The notes under the pieces: generated by a model
The model's database searches: none
Told to the model about the DNA's origin: nothing
The model's input: only the letters and a program-made list of their open reading frames with translations
Assembly (NCBI GenBank): GCA_041609995.1
Contig: JBFIPU010000005.1
Span: 5,058-69,057 of the forward strand
Direction of reading: 5' to 3'
From: Acidimicrobiia bacterium
GTDB lineage: Bacteria > Actinomycetota > Acidimicrobiia > Spongiisociales > SHLN01
Length of the DNA: 64,000 bases
Position numbers and translations under genes: made by a program
Shown: in pieces, positions 53,790 to 63,408 of the stretch
How positions within the stretch are numbered: the stretch's first letter is position 1
Layout: every line of letters begins with the position of its first letter

Positions 53790-55159
53790 GCAGGTCGGGT
53801 CGGTGGGTGTTGATCGCCGCCGGTGTCCTGCTGGCGGCGTGCAGTGCCGATGAACCGGTCGATCCCGTGGTGGATCCGATCGCCTCTCCGACTTCCACCG
53901 CTGTTCCCGACTCGTCCAGCACGTCCCAGCCGCCGATCACCAGCTCGACGACCCTGCCCCCGCTCACGCTCGGCAAGGGCTTCTCGCTCGATCCGTGCAT
54001 CAACGGTCTCCCAACGCTCGGCTGCATCTCACTTGGCACGATCACCGATGAGACCGGCCCCGCCCAGTTCGACGCCCCTGGTTATTTCGCCGGCGCCCAG
54101 GCATTTTGGGCCAACCGCAATCGACTCGGCGGTGTGGCAGAGTCGTTCAGCGTCGAGGTACTGCGGGCCCACAAACGTGACGCCGCCGACCAGGCCGAAC
54201 AGTTCGCCTCGGCATTGGAGTCGATCGAGCCCGAGGTCGCAGCGCTTTCGCACGTCATCGGAGCCCGGGCGGTCACCGCCAATATGGCGTCGCTGGTGAA
54301 TTCGGCTCTGGTGGCCGCTCCCGTGGATCAGTGGTCCGGCTGGGCGTTTCTCACGACTGATGTGGGGGCGATGCTCGAGAGCGGGGCGAGTTGGTGCGTG
54401 CACGGGTTCAATGCTGTCGATCGGGAGCGGCCGGTCGGTCTCATATCCGACCTGTCGCCGGCCGGGCGCGACTTCGCAGCGGGAGCGCGGGCAGCGGCCG
54501 CCGCCGGCTCGGGGCTTCGATTCGACATCGAGGTGACACCCATCGCGGAGGGGGGAGACCCGTCTCAGCAGGCGGTGGTAGCCGAGATCTTGTCGTCCGA
54601 TCCTGACGCGATCGTCATGGCAACCGGTCCGAGCGAGGCCGGTGCCATCATCGGTGGTGCCGTGCTGGCGGGGTATCGCGGCTCCTTCACGATCCTCGAG
54701 GACACATTCACTCCGGCCTTGATCGACGCCTCGAGCGGGGTCAGGTCGGTATTCATGTCGGATCAGGTGCGGGTGATTTCCGGCTATCTGCCATGGCAGG
54801 ACGATTCGACCGGGCACATGGCCATGCGGGAGGCTGCCGGCTCGATCGGAATTCCCGATTCGGCGCGACGTGCGTTCCAGGTGGGGTGGGTGTCTCAATA
54901 CCCACTGCTGGCGGCGATCGAGGGAGCGATCGAGGCCCAGGATCTCGATCGCCGCGGGATCGTGTCGGCGGCCGCCAGGGTCACGGAGGTCGATTACGAA
55001 GGCATGCTTCCCCCGTGGGCAACGGGGGTGCCGCATCTTGCGAGTGTCCTGCTGCAGGTCGACCCTGACGCCCCGGATCTCTTCGCTGCTGTGTCCGATT
55101 TCCTCACCGCCGACGCGTTCGCCGAGGGGTACACCGAGCCGTGCTCGACGGTTGGCTGA
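53753..55159 (+). CDS. Lipoprotein, type-I periplasmic-binding-protein-like (LivK/Peripla_BP_6-like) orphan solute-binding protein
   Basis: Lipobox 'LLAACS' and a Ser/Thr/Pro linker, about 400 aa with an alpha/beta PBP-like pattern. No cognate permease or ATPase nearby. The start is uncertain (TTG 53753 or GTG 53771). Confidence 0.5.
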   Translation: MVGRLRVDRGLLSRSGRWVLIAAGVLLAACSADEPVDPVVDPIASPTSTAVPDSSSTSQPPITSSTTLPPLTLGKGFSLDPCINGLPTLGCISLGTITDETGPAQFDAPGYFAGAQAFWANRNRLGGVAESFSVEVLRAHKRDAADQAEQFASALESIEPEVAALSHVIGARAVTANMASLVNSALVAAPVDQWSGWAFLTTDVGAMLESGASWCVHGFNAVDRERPVGLISDLSPAGRDFAAGARAAAAAGSGLRFDIEVTPIAEGGDPSQQAVVAEILSSDPDAIVMATGPSEAGAIIGGAVLAGYRGSFTILEDTFTPALIDASSGVRSVFMSDQVRVISGYLPWQDDSTGHMAMREAAGSIGIPDSARRAFQVGWVSQYPLLAAIEGAIEAQDLDRRGIVSAAARVTEVDYEGMLPPWATGVPHLASVLLQVDPDAPDLFAAVSDFLTADAFAEGYTEPCSTVG

Positions 55160-55209
55160 ATCCTGTAGATCGGGCGGTCTATCCGCCCGGCGCCCCTAAC
55201 GTAAGAACG

Positions 55210-56313
55210 ATGACCGCCACCGACGTCACCGACGCCCCACCGGCCGGCCCCGAACCGCGTCCGGAGCCTTCCAGCGCGTGGTGGATTTTTAGCGGAATCA
55301 TCATGTTCGTCGGCACCGTGGTGTTGCTGGTGTCCTTCTTCGTCGAGGTTCCTTTCTTCGCCAACCTTCCCGGCCCGGCTCTCCGCACCGACGAGTTCGT
55401 GACGATCCCGGACGTCGCCGCCGAAGAGGCGTCCGGCGACTTCTACCTGTTGACAGTGCTGCGCGAGCCGGTGACGCTCGCCGGCTATGTCCAGGCAACC
55501 TTGGACGATCGGGTCGACCTGATTCCCCGGGAGGCCATCATCCCGCCCGGCTCCACCTCGGAGGACAAAAAGCGGGCTGACCAGCAGATGATGGAAGATT
55601 CTCAACAGGTGGCGATCGCAGTGGCACTCGAACGAGCCGGCTACGACGTGTCCTTCGCGTCTGACGGCGTCGAAGTGGGCGAGGTCGCGGAAGGAAGCGC
55701 CGCCGACGGTGTGTTCGAGGAAGGCGACGTCATCATCGCATTCGAGGGCGAACCGGTGTTCTTCTCCGGCGATCTCGTCAGCCGGATCCAGGAGCGATCC
55801 GTCGGTGAGGTGGTCGGTTTCACCGTGGTACGCAACGAAGCAGAGATGGATTTGAAGGTGACCCTGGGCGAGCGGGGGGCTGACGACCCGACCCCGATCG
55901 TGGGCATCACCATTTTCACCATCGGCGCGCGCTTCGATTTTCCCATCGAGGTGGAGATCGAGTCACAGAACGTCGGTGGTCCCTCGGCCGGGATGATGTT
56001 CGCGATCACCATCATCGACGAGCTCAGCGACGTCGACCTCACCGGCGGACACCGGATTGCCGGAACCGGCACGATCGAATCCGATGGCACAGTCGGTCCT
56101 GTCGGTGGTATCAAACAGAAGGTGTTCGGTGCCATGAATGTCGGGGCAGAATTGATGCTGGTCCCGGATGCCAATTACGAGACCGCAGCGGCCGCCGCCG
56201 GCGATAATCCGAACATCGAGCTCGTTGCGGTCAGCGACATCGACGAAGCGCTGGAGGCGATCTCCGTCTTTGCCGGTTGGTCGGTAGATTCGTTGGGGAA
56301 TGGGAGTCGCTGA
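55210..56313 (+). CDS. PDZ domain-containing Lon-like (S16) membrane protease (YlbL/SdrC-like)
   Basis: N-terminal TM, then PDZ 'GVEVGEVAEGSAADGVFEEGDVIIAFEG'. Lon catalytic Ser 'GGPSAGMMFAITI' and Lys 'GGIKQKVFGA'. Confidence 0.85.
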   Translation: MTATDVTDAPPAGPEPRPEPSSAWWIFSGIIMFVGTVVLLVSFFVEVPFFANLPGPALRTDEFVTIPDVAAEEASGDFYLLTVLREPVTLAGYVQATLDDRVDLIPREAIIPPGSTSEDKKRADQQMMEDSQQVAIAVALERAGYDVSFASDGVEVGEVAEGSAADGVFEEGDVIIAFEGEPVFFSGDLVSRIQERSVGEVVGFTVVRNEAEMDLKVTLGERGADDPTPIVGITIFTIGARFDFPIEVEIESQNVGGPSAGMMFAITIIDELSDVDLTGGHRIAGTGTIESDGTVGPVGGIKQKVFGAMNVGAELMLVPDANYETAAAAAGDNPNIELVAVSDIDEALEAISVFAGWSVDSLGNGSR

Positions 56314-57553
56314 CAACACTGCCAAGGTTCAGATCATCGGCCACCAGTGGGCCCGGGACGTGCACCTGCTGAAGGACTTCCTCGGCCGCAATCGAGTGCC
56401 GTTTGCCTGGCTCGACCTCGACCGGGGTCGCAAGGGGCAAGCCATCCTCGTCCAGCGGAACCTCGAGTCCGCTCGCCTTCCGGTTGTGCTGCTCTCCGGG
56501 GGCGTCGTGCTGGAGGACCCGTCTGTGCCGGACCTCGCCGAGGCGATGGGCATGCACCGCCACGCCGACAATCGGTACTACGACGTCGCCATCATCGGTG
56601 CCGGTCCCGCCGGACTCGCAGCCGCCGTCTACGCGGCGTCCGAAGGTCTGTCGACGCTCGTGGTCGAACGCGAGGCGCCCGGCGGCCAGGCCGGTACCAG
56701 CAGCAGAATCGAGAACTACCTCGGATTCCCGGACGGGATCAGCGGAGGAGAACTGGCGGCGGCCGCGTTACAGCAAGCCAAGAAGTTTGGTGCTGAGGTG
56801 CTCTTTCCCGTCGAGGCCACTGCCGGCGTGCTCGGCCCTCACTTCAAAGAATTGTCGTTGAGCGATGGCAGCGAGATCACTACGCGAGCCATGGTCATCG
56901 CCACCGGGGTCTCCTACCGGACCCTCCATGGCCCCGGGATGTCGCAGCTCAACGGCGCAGGCGTGTATTACGGGGCGGCTACGACCGAAGCGGCGTCGGC
57001 CCAGAATCGGCACGTGTTCCTGGTCGGGGCCGGAAACTCGGCCGGGCAGGGCGCGCTGTACTTCTCGCGTTTCGCGTCCGGTGTCACCATGTTCATCCGG
57101 GGACCGTCACTGGCTGCGACGATGAGCCAGTACCTCATCGACCAACTCGATGCCGAGCCCAAGATCGAGATCATTCCGCATCGTCGGGTGGTGGCGGCCC
57201 TCGGGGACGACCACCTCGAAGCCATCCGGGTTGAGAACGTCGAAAGCGGCGTCACCGAGGACCTTCCCGCCGACTTCCTATTCGTGTTCATCGGTGCGGA
57301 GCCGGACGTCGCCTGGCTCGGCGATCAGGTCATGGTCGACGAGCGAGGCTTCGTCTTGACCGGCAGCGACATTCCGCTCGACGATGCCGGTTGGCCGCTC
57401 GACCGTTCTCCGCACTATTTGGAGGCCAGCATCCCAGGGGTGTTCGCAGCCGGCGACATCCGCCATGGCGCAATCCGGCGGGTGGCCGGCGGGGTGGGCG
57501 AGGGTTCGACCACGATCCAGCTGGTGCACCGGTACCTGGCAGAAACCGAATAG
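56300..57553 (+). CDS. Thioredoxin-reductase-like FAD/NAD(P) oxidoreductase lacking the CxxC redox centre, with N-terminal Grx-like extension
   Basis: 'YDVAIIGAGPAGLAAAVYAA', 'LVGAGNSAGQGALY', 'FAAGDIRHG'. The position of the TrxR 'CAxC' reads 'GVYYGAATTEA' (no Cys). The ~90-aa N-terminal domain has no Cys pair. Confidence 0.75.
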   Translation: MGVADNTAKVQIIGHQWARDVHLLKDFLGRNRVPFAWLDLDRGRKGQAILVQRNLESARLPVVLLSGGVVLEDPSVPDLAEAMGMHRHADNRYYDVAIIGAGPAGLAAAVYAASEGLSTLVVEREAPGGQAGTSSRIENYLGFPDGISGGELAAAALQQAKKFGAEVLFPVEATAGVLGPHFKELSLSDGSEITTRAMVIATGVSYRTLHGPGMSQLNGAGVYYGAATTEAASAQNRHVFLVGAGNSAGQGALYFSRFASGVTMFIRGPSLAATMSQYLIDQLDAEPKIEIIPHRRVVAALGDDHLEAIRVENVESGVTEDLPADFLFVFIGAEPDVAWLGDQVMVDERGFVLTGSDIPLDDAGWPLDRSPHYLEASIPGVFAAGDIRHGAIRRVAGGVGEGSTTIQLVHRYLAETE

Positions 57554-57605
57554 CAGGGTCCATCTGGGTCGGCCACTCGACCACAATCTGCAGGCTGTGG
57601 TCACA

Positions 57606-57634
57606 GCGAGAAAGGTCGCGAATTTCTCGCTTAT
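57606..57634 (+). terminator. Candidate terminator hairpin
   Basis: 'gcgagaaa' (57606-57613) pairs with 'tttctcgc' (57623-57630), followed by 'ttat'. It is preceded by a second hairpin, 'gaccaca...tgtggtc' (57579-57602). The U-tract is weak. Confidence 0.35.
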
Positions 57635-57661
57635 CGGGAACCGTCTGGGTATGTTGATTGC

Positions 57662-60409
57662 ATGCTTGAGGACCTAACGCCCGAGGAGGTGGCGTCTCGC
57701 TCGTTCGAGATTGCCAAGCGCGGTTACGACCGTGAGTCGGTAGACGCTTTCCTGTCCGATGTAGCCCGCGAGCTCGACCGCCTCCGATCAGAGCAACGAC
57801 CCGGCCCCGGCGACGGCACCTACGCCGACGACATCCGGCGCGAGCTGGATACTGTGTCGTCCGATATCGAGTCGATCGTCGCGGCTGCCCGTCAAGCGGC
57901 CGAAGGGCTTCGTACCCGCGCGGCCGCCGAAGCCGCCAGGTGGCGCGACGACGCCGATGCCGATGCCCGCAAATGGCGGCGCGAGGCAGAGGAAGAGGCG
58001 CGGGCGACGCGCGACGCCGCTGACACCTACAGCGAACGTACCCGCGAAGCCGCCGACGAGCACGCTCGCCGCTTGAAGGAGGACGCGGAAGCGCAGGCGA
58101 ACCGGACCCGGGCGGAAGCCGACACTTACTCGAAGCAGACCCGGGATGCCGCCGACCTCGCCGCCGCCCAGACCCGGGAAGCGGCAGAAACCGACGCCAC
58201 CGAGTGGCGCACGGCTGCCCAGCTCGATGCCGGCCGGATTCGGGAGGAGGCCGACACCTATCTCTCGGAGACGCGGATCGATGCCGACACCTTCGCAGAG
58301 CATGTGCGCTCTCAAGCAGACGAGTACAGCTCCCGCGTCCGGGTCGAGGCCGACACCTATGCCGCCGAAGTGGGTTCCGAGGCCGATGCATACGACCGCC
58401 AGACCCGCTATGAAGCCGACAACTACGACGACGAGACCCGGGCGGCCGCCAACCTCTATGCACAGCAAACGCGTGCCGAGGCCGTTCGGTACGGCAGCGA
58501 GACACGGACCGGCGCAGACGCTTACTCCGAACAGACCCGGGCAGAGGCCGACGCATATGGCCAGGAGGTGCAGGCCGGCGCAGACGCTTACTCCGAAAAG
58601 ACCCGGGGAGAGGCCGACGCATATGGCCAGGAGGTGCGGGCCGGCGCAGACGCTTACTCCGAAAAGACCCGGGGAGAGGCCGACGCATATGGCCAGGAGG
58701 TGCGGGCCGACGCAGACTCAGATGCCGTCGAGACGCGAAACGAGGCCGACGAATATGGGTTACGAGTGCGGGCTGAGGCCGGGGCAGCAGCGGCCAAGTC
58801 CCGTACCGAGGCGGATGAGTATGCCCTCGCGACCCGGGCCGAGGCCGACGAGGCGGCTGCGGCCACCCGATCGGAGGCTGACGCATATGGAGCGGCGGTG
58901 CACCGCGAGGCCGACAAGGCTGCCGAGGACATCCGCCTCCGGGCCGAATCGCATGCCACCGACACCAGGTCAGAGGCTGATCGCTACTCGAACAAGACCC
59001 GCACCGATGCCGACGCCTACGATGCCGAGATCAGAGCCGAAGCCGACGCCTACAGCGAACACACCCGCCAGGAGGCAGACGCATATCGGGCCAAGACCAG
59101 GGCTGATGCCGACGAGCATGCCCACCAGGTCGTGTCCGAGGTGGAGAGAACGGCCGCCGCCCGACGTGAGGCCTTGAATGCGCAACTCGAGGCCGACGAG
59201 CGTGAGGTTGCTGCGGCCGCCGAGGGCATGCGCCGCGGGTTGTGGGAAGAAGGGGTGACGACGCTCTCCGCCATCCGGGCTGAGGGCGAGGCCACCAAGG
59301 GCAGGCATCAGGAGGAAGCCCTCGTCATCCTCGCCGACGCCGAGAAAGAAGCCCATCGCCTCGTCTCGCAGGCCAAGCGGACGGCAGAAGAAGAACGGCG
59401 GATGGCACGCACCGAGGCAGAGCGGCTCGTATCCGACGCCCAGGCGCGTCACGACGAGATACTGGCAGCCGCCCAACGGGAAGCCGAGCTCGCCCAGGAA
59501 CGCGCCCGTGCGCTGGAGCGACGGCGGATCGAGCTGATGGGCCAGCTCGAGAACGCCCAGGCCGTGATGGGTCGCCTCGAATCCGAGCTGGTGGTGGAGG
59601 ATCAGCCGATTGCGCCGCCCGTACCTGCTCCGCCCGCCGATCGCGCAAACAATGGGCAGTCAGGAGTGGTTGACGCGGACGAACTGGCCGCCGAAGTGGC
59701 CAGTCTGCGATTGGCCGGTGACGGCGAGGCAACATCGCGAGATTCCGATGATTTGACAACCGAGGGAATGCAAAGCGGCGTGGAGGAGGCAACCAGGGCC
59801 GTGCGGGCCGACAAGCCCAACATGAGCGGTCACTCCGGGCCCAAGAGGGGGAAGGCGGCCACGACACCTAGTGGCCCCACCCCGACCGCGCCGAGGGGAA
59901 AAGACGGAGATCCGTCATTCTCGGTGATTCGCGGTGGCACATCGGTCCCGGCCGGTACCGGTGGCGGCGAAGAATCGATCACGCTGATCCAGCGGAGGGC
60001 GGTCGATGCGGTGCAGGCGAAACTGAAGCAGCTGCAGAACGGTGCGCTTCAGGACGTGCGGGTCGATTCCAAGACCTGGCTGCCCGACCTCGATTCGTGG
60101 CGCAAGTCGATCGATGGCCTGCTGGAAAAGGCCGCCAAGGACGCCTACAAGCTGGGCTGCCGTGAAGCCGGCAACCAGCCCTCCGGGGTGCCGGCCATCC
60201 TCCAGGTGGAGGAGTTCGCGGAAGACCTTGCCCAGTCGGTGTCGGAAGTGGTGGCCGATGCCCGGATAAACGGAGAAGGCTCCAAACAACAATCCGCTGC
60301 AGTTACGCGAGTGTTCCGTCACTGGCGCACCGTCGAGGCCGAGGAGCGTGTGATGACCATCGCCCGGGCGGCGTACGCCGCCGGCAGGGGAGCCACCGAG
60401 CGCGTGTGA
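57662..60409 (+). CDS. DivIVA-domain protein with ~35 tandem 11-residue repeats (coiled-coil/apolipoprotein-like) and a C-terminal globular domain
   Basis: N-terminus 'LTPEEVASRSFEIAKRGYDRESVDAFLSDVARELDRL' (DivIVA N-domain pattern). Residues ~90-480 carry the periodic '(E/D)AD(A/T)Y..(Q/E)TR.' motif; 915 aa. Confidence 0.8.
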   Translation: MLEDLTPEEVASRSFEIAKRGYDRESVDAFLSDVARELDRLRSEQRPGPGDGTYADDIRRELDTVSSDIESIVAAARQAAEGLRTRAAAEAARWRDDADADARKWRREAEEEARATRDAADTYSERTREAADEHARRLKEDAEAQANRTRAEADTYSKQTRDAADLAAAQTREAAETDATEWRTAAQLDAGRIREEADTYLSETRIDADTFAEHVRSQADEYSSRVRVEADTYAAEVGSEADAYDRQTRYEADNYDDETRAAANLYAQQTRAEAVRYGSETRTGADAYSEQTRAEADAYGQEVQAGADAYSEKTRGEADAYGQEVRAGADAYSEKTRGEADAYGQEVRADADSDAVETRNEADEYGLRVRAEAGAAAAKSRTEADEYALATRAEADEAAAATRSEADAYGAAVHREADKAAEDIRLRAESHATDTRSEADRYSNKTRTDADAYDAEIRAEADAYSEHTRQEADAYRAKTRADADEHAHQVVSEVERTAAARREALNAQLEADEREVAAAAEGMRRGLWEEGVTTLSAIRAEGEATKGRHQEEALVILADAEKEAHRLVSQAKRTAEEERRMARTEAERLVSDAQARHDEILAAAQREAELAQERARALERRRIELMGQLENAQAVMGRLESELVVEDQPIAPPVPAPPADRANNGQSGVVDADELAAEVASLRLAGDGEATSRDSDDLTTEGMQSGVEEATRAVRADKPNMSGHSGPKRGKAATTPSGPTPTAPRGKDGDPSFSVIRGGTSVPAGTGGGEESITLIQRRAVDAVQAKLKQLQNGALQDVRVDSKTWLPDLDSWRKSIDGLLEKAAKDAYKLGCREAGNQPSGVPAILQVEEFAEDLAQSVSEVVADARINGEGSKQQSAAVTRVFRHWRTVEAEERVMTIARAAYAAGRGATERV
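58511..58708 (+). repeat. Three tandem 66-bp (22-codon) repeats inside the DivIVA-domain gene
   Basis: Copies lie at 58511-58576, 58577-58642 and 58643-58708. Copies 2 and 3 are identical and copy 1 differs at 3 positions. They encode 'GADAYSE(Q/K)TR(A/G)EADAYGQEV(Q/R)A'. Confidence 0.95.
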
Positions 60410-60464
60410 CGGCCGCTCTGGCCGGTAGCTTCCCTTAACCGGGCCGGGTCATAGAATCCGGGTC

Positions 60465-63329
60465 GTGATCCATCGCGAACCCGAAGATCAGGGACCGCCC
60501 GTTCCGATTCGCCCTCCCCGCCGTCGCCTGTGGGCGAGGGTGCTCGTCGTCATCGTCATCGTGCTGGCGATGACCCTGCGGGGGGCTGCCGTGCTGTGGA
60601 CCGACTTCCTGTGGTTCTCTTCGGTCGACCGTTCCTCCGTGTGGCGCACGATCCTGTTCACCCGCATCGGGCTGGTGGTCGTGGCCGCGGTGCTGGCGGT
60701 CGCCTTCATCGCGATCAATCTGTTCCTGGCCGAACGGCTCTCACCCCGGTTGTCGATTGCCTCGGTCGAGGGCGCTCGCGACGAGATGGTGGAACGGTTC
60801 CAGATGATGGCCGAGGCCTACGCCACCCGCATCTATGTCGGCGTGGCGTTGTTCTTCGGCCTGTTGATGGGCGTGGGTGCCTCTGGCCTCTGGCAGGACT
60901 TTCTCCTGTTCCAGAACAGCCAGGGGTTCACGATCCCCGATCCCGTATTCGGAAACGACATCGGCTTCTACGTCTTCCGCCTCCCGTTCTGGCGCGACCT
61001 GTTCCAGTTCGGCTTTCAGCTGGTCATATGGACAACGTTCCTCACCACCGCTCTCCACTACCTCAACGGTGGCATCGTTCTCCAACAGGACGTCCGCCGG
61101 GTGAGCAGTGGCGCCAAGGTGCATCTTTCGGTGCTGCTCGCCTTCGTCGCCTTTCTCAAAGCCTGGGGGTACCGCCTCGACCAATACGACCTGCTCTATT
61201 CCGACCGGGGGGCGGTGCTGGGTGCGACCTACACCGACGTCAACGCCCAGCTGCCTGCCTTGCGCCTGATGGTGTGGGTGGCGGTGATCGTCGGGGTTCT
61301 GCTTCTCCTCAACATCCGTATCAAGGGCTGGTCGCTCCCGGCGGTGGCGGGGGGTCTGTGGCTTGCCGCATCGCTGATTGTGGCCTCTCTCTACCCCTCG
61401 TTGATTCAGCGCTTTTCGGTCGAACCCAAAGAACTGTCGCAGGAAAGCGAGTTCATCGCTCGGCACATCAACGCGACCAGAGACGCCTACAACCTGTCCG
61501 GGGTGAACGTTCGCGATTTTGCCGCGTCTCCCGATCTCGACGAAGAAGACATCGCCAACAATTCGCTCACTGTCGACAATCTGCGCCTGTGGGACCCGGG
61601 CGTCCTCAAAGAGGCATACGTGCAGTTGCAGGAGCTGCGCACCTACTACCAGGTCGACGATGTGGACACCGACCGCTATCTCATCGACGGAGCCTTGACC
61701 CAGGTCATGCTCTCGGCCCGTGAACTGGCACCTACTCTCGATCCCGCCAACAGCAATTGGACGAACGATCACCTGATCTTCACCCACGGGTTCGGCGTGG
61801 TCGCCTCACCGGCCAACGATGTGAGCGTCGAGGGCCAGCCTCAATTCCTCGTCGGCGATATTCCCCTCAATGTGGCGGCCGAGGAGTTGCGATTGGAACA
61901 GGAGCGGATCTACTTCGGCGAGGTGGCGGCCGAGGACTCCTTCGTGATCGTGGGGACGAACGAGCGGGAAGTGGACTCCCTGACGGCCGACGCCAACGAG
62001 CTCACCTTCAACTCCTACGACGGCTCCGGCGGGGTGGAGGTGGGTGGCCTGGTGCGCCGGGCGGCGTTTGCGCTCCGATTCGGCGACACCAACACGGTTC
62101 TCTCCGGGTTGATCACGCCCGACAGCCGGGTTCTCATGGTTCGCAACATTCAGGACCGGCTCGCCAAGGTGGCGCCGTTCCTCTACCAGGACTCCGATCC
62201 GTATCTCGTCATCGTCGACGGCGAGATGCGATGGATCGTGGATATGTACTCGACCAGCACCCGGTACCCGTATTCGGAGCGTGCCAACACCAGCCGGCTG
62301 CGGGCCAGCGCCCGCGCCAATGCGCTGCCCAACAACTTCAACTACATCCGCAACTCGGTCAAGGCCGTTATCGATCCCTTCGAAGGTGATCTCGATCTCT
62401 ACATCGTCGATCGCGACGACCCTGTCATCCGGGCCTATGACCAGATCTTCCCCGATCTCTTCTCCTCCATCGACACGATGCCGGATGCGATCAAAGATCA
62501 CTTCCGCTATCCAGAGGACCTGTTTCGGGTGCAGAGCGACATGTATGGCCGCTACCACGTGACGGTCCCGAGCGTGTTCTTCTCCGAGAGCGACCAATGG
62601 GAGATCGACGAGGACCCGTCCAAAGGCGTCACCCGCCCCAGCCTGCGGGGGGCGGCCTCGCCGCCCCCGATGCTGCCCTATTACCTGTTGATGAGGCTGC
62701 CCGAGGATGCCGAATCCACGTTTCTGATCATGCAGCCGTTCACACCCGAGGGGCGCCCCAACATGGTGTCGTTCCTCATTGCGAAGAGCGAGCCGCAGGC
62801 CTACGGCGAGATGATCGACTTCCGGTTCCGGGCCGGCGACCCGCCCAGCGGCCCGAACCAGGTCGCAGCCCGGATCAACAGCGACACCGTTGTTTCTGAC
62901 ATCACCACCCAGCTGGACCAGCAGGGATCGGACGTGATCTTCGGCAATCTGCTCGTCATACCCATCGAGGAGTCGATCGTGTATATGCAGCCGCTCTACA
63001 CGATCGCAGAGAACCAGACGAACGCCATTCCCGAGCTGAAGAAAGTGGTGATGGTGTTCAACGATCGCGTCATCATCCGCGACACCCTGGCTCAGGCCAT
63101 CGAGGCAACCTTCGGCTTCGTGTCCGAAGATCCCGCCCCCACCCCCCAGCCAGACGAGACTCCGGCGCCGGGTACCGGAACCATAGAGGAGCTGCTGGAG
63201 TCGGCCCGGGTGTCGTTCGAGCAGGCGGAGGCAGCGTTGCGGGAAGGCGACCTGTCCCGGTATCAACAGCTGATAGATGAGGCGCAGATCCTCGTGAACC
63301 AGGCCATCAGCCTCCTCGCGGCCGGCTAG
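60465..63329 (+). CDS. UPF0182 family large membrane protein
   Basis: 954 aa; N-terminal multi-TM region with 'LWTDFLWFSSVDRSSVW' and 'GFYVFRLPFW', plus a large extracytoplasmic domain. This is the hallmark actinobacterial UPF0182 architecture. Confidence 0.85.
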   Translation: MIHREPEDQGPPVPIRPPRRRLWARVLVVIVIVLAMTLRGAAVLWTDFLWFSSVDRSSVWRTILFTRIGLVVVAAVLAVAFIAINLFLAERLSPRLSIASVEGARDEMVERFQMMAEAYATRIYVGVALFFGLLMGVGASGLWQDFLLFQNSQGFTIPDPVFGNDIGFYVFRLPFWRDLFQFGFQLVIWTTFLTTALHYLNGGIVLQQDVRRVSSGAKVHLSVLLAFVAFLKAWGYRLDQYDLLYSDRGAVLGATYTDVNAQLPALRLMVWVAVIVGVLLLLNIRIKGWSLPAVAGGLWLAASLIVASLYPSLIQRFSVEPKELSQESEFIARHINATRDAYNLSGVNVRDFAASPDLDEEDIANNSLTVDNLRLWDPGVLKEAYVQLQELRTYYQVDDVDTDRYLIDGALTQVMLSARELAPTLDPANSNWTNDHLIFTHGFGVVASPANDVSVEGQPQFLVGDIPLNVAAEELRLEQERIYFGEVAAEDSFVIVGTNEREVDSLTADANELTFNSYDGSGGVEVGGLVRRAAFALRFGDTNTVLSGLITPDSRVLMVRNIQDRLAKVAPFLYQDSDPYLVIVDGEMRWIVDMYSTSTRYPYSERANTSRLRASARANALPNNFNYIRNSVKAVIDPFEGDLDLYIVDRDDPVIRAYDQIFPDLFSSIDTMPDAIKDHFRYPEDLFRVQSDMYGRYHVTVPSVFFSESDQWEIDEDPSKGVTRPSLRGAASPPPMLPYYLLMRLPEDAESTFLIMQPFTPEGRPNMVSFLIAKSEPQAYGEMIDFRFRAGDPPSGPNQVAARINSDTVVSDITTQLDQQGSDVIFGNLLVIPIEESIVYMQPLYTIAENQTNAIPELKKVVMVFNDRVIIRDTLAQAIEATFGFVSEDPAPTPQPDETPAPGTGTIEELLESARVSFEQAEAALREGDLSRYQQLIDEAQILVNQAISLLAAG

Positions 63330-63408
63330 CCGACCCGGGCTTCTGTTGGCCCTCGACTCCGGTTGCCCTCATCCGACGCCGAGCTTCTCGAATCGCTATC
63401 TTCGAGGT

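Noticed and set aside
57330-58886. 518-aa minus-strand ORF with striking internal repeats (RLRRPAPPGHMRRPLPGSFRSK x3)
   Set aside because: The repeats are simply the reverse-strand reading of the 66-bp tandem repeats in the DivIVA-domain gene. The sequence is Arg/Pro-rich junk, and the plus-strand frame has the coherent domain architecture.
60741-63266. Minus-strand ORFs of 348 and 486 aa
   Set aside because: They are antisense to the UPF0182 gene, with no independent support.
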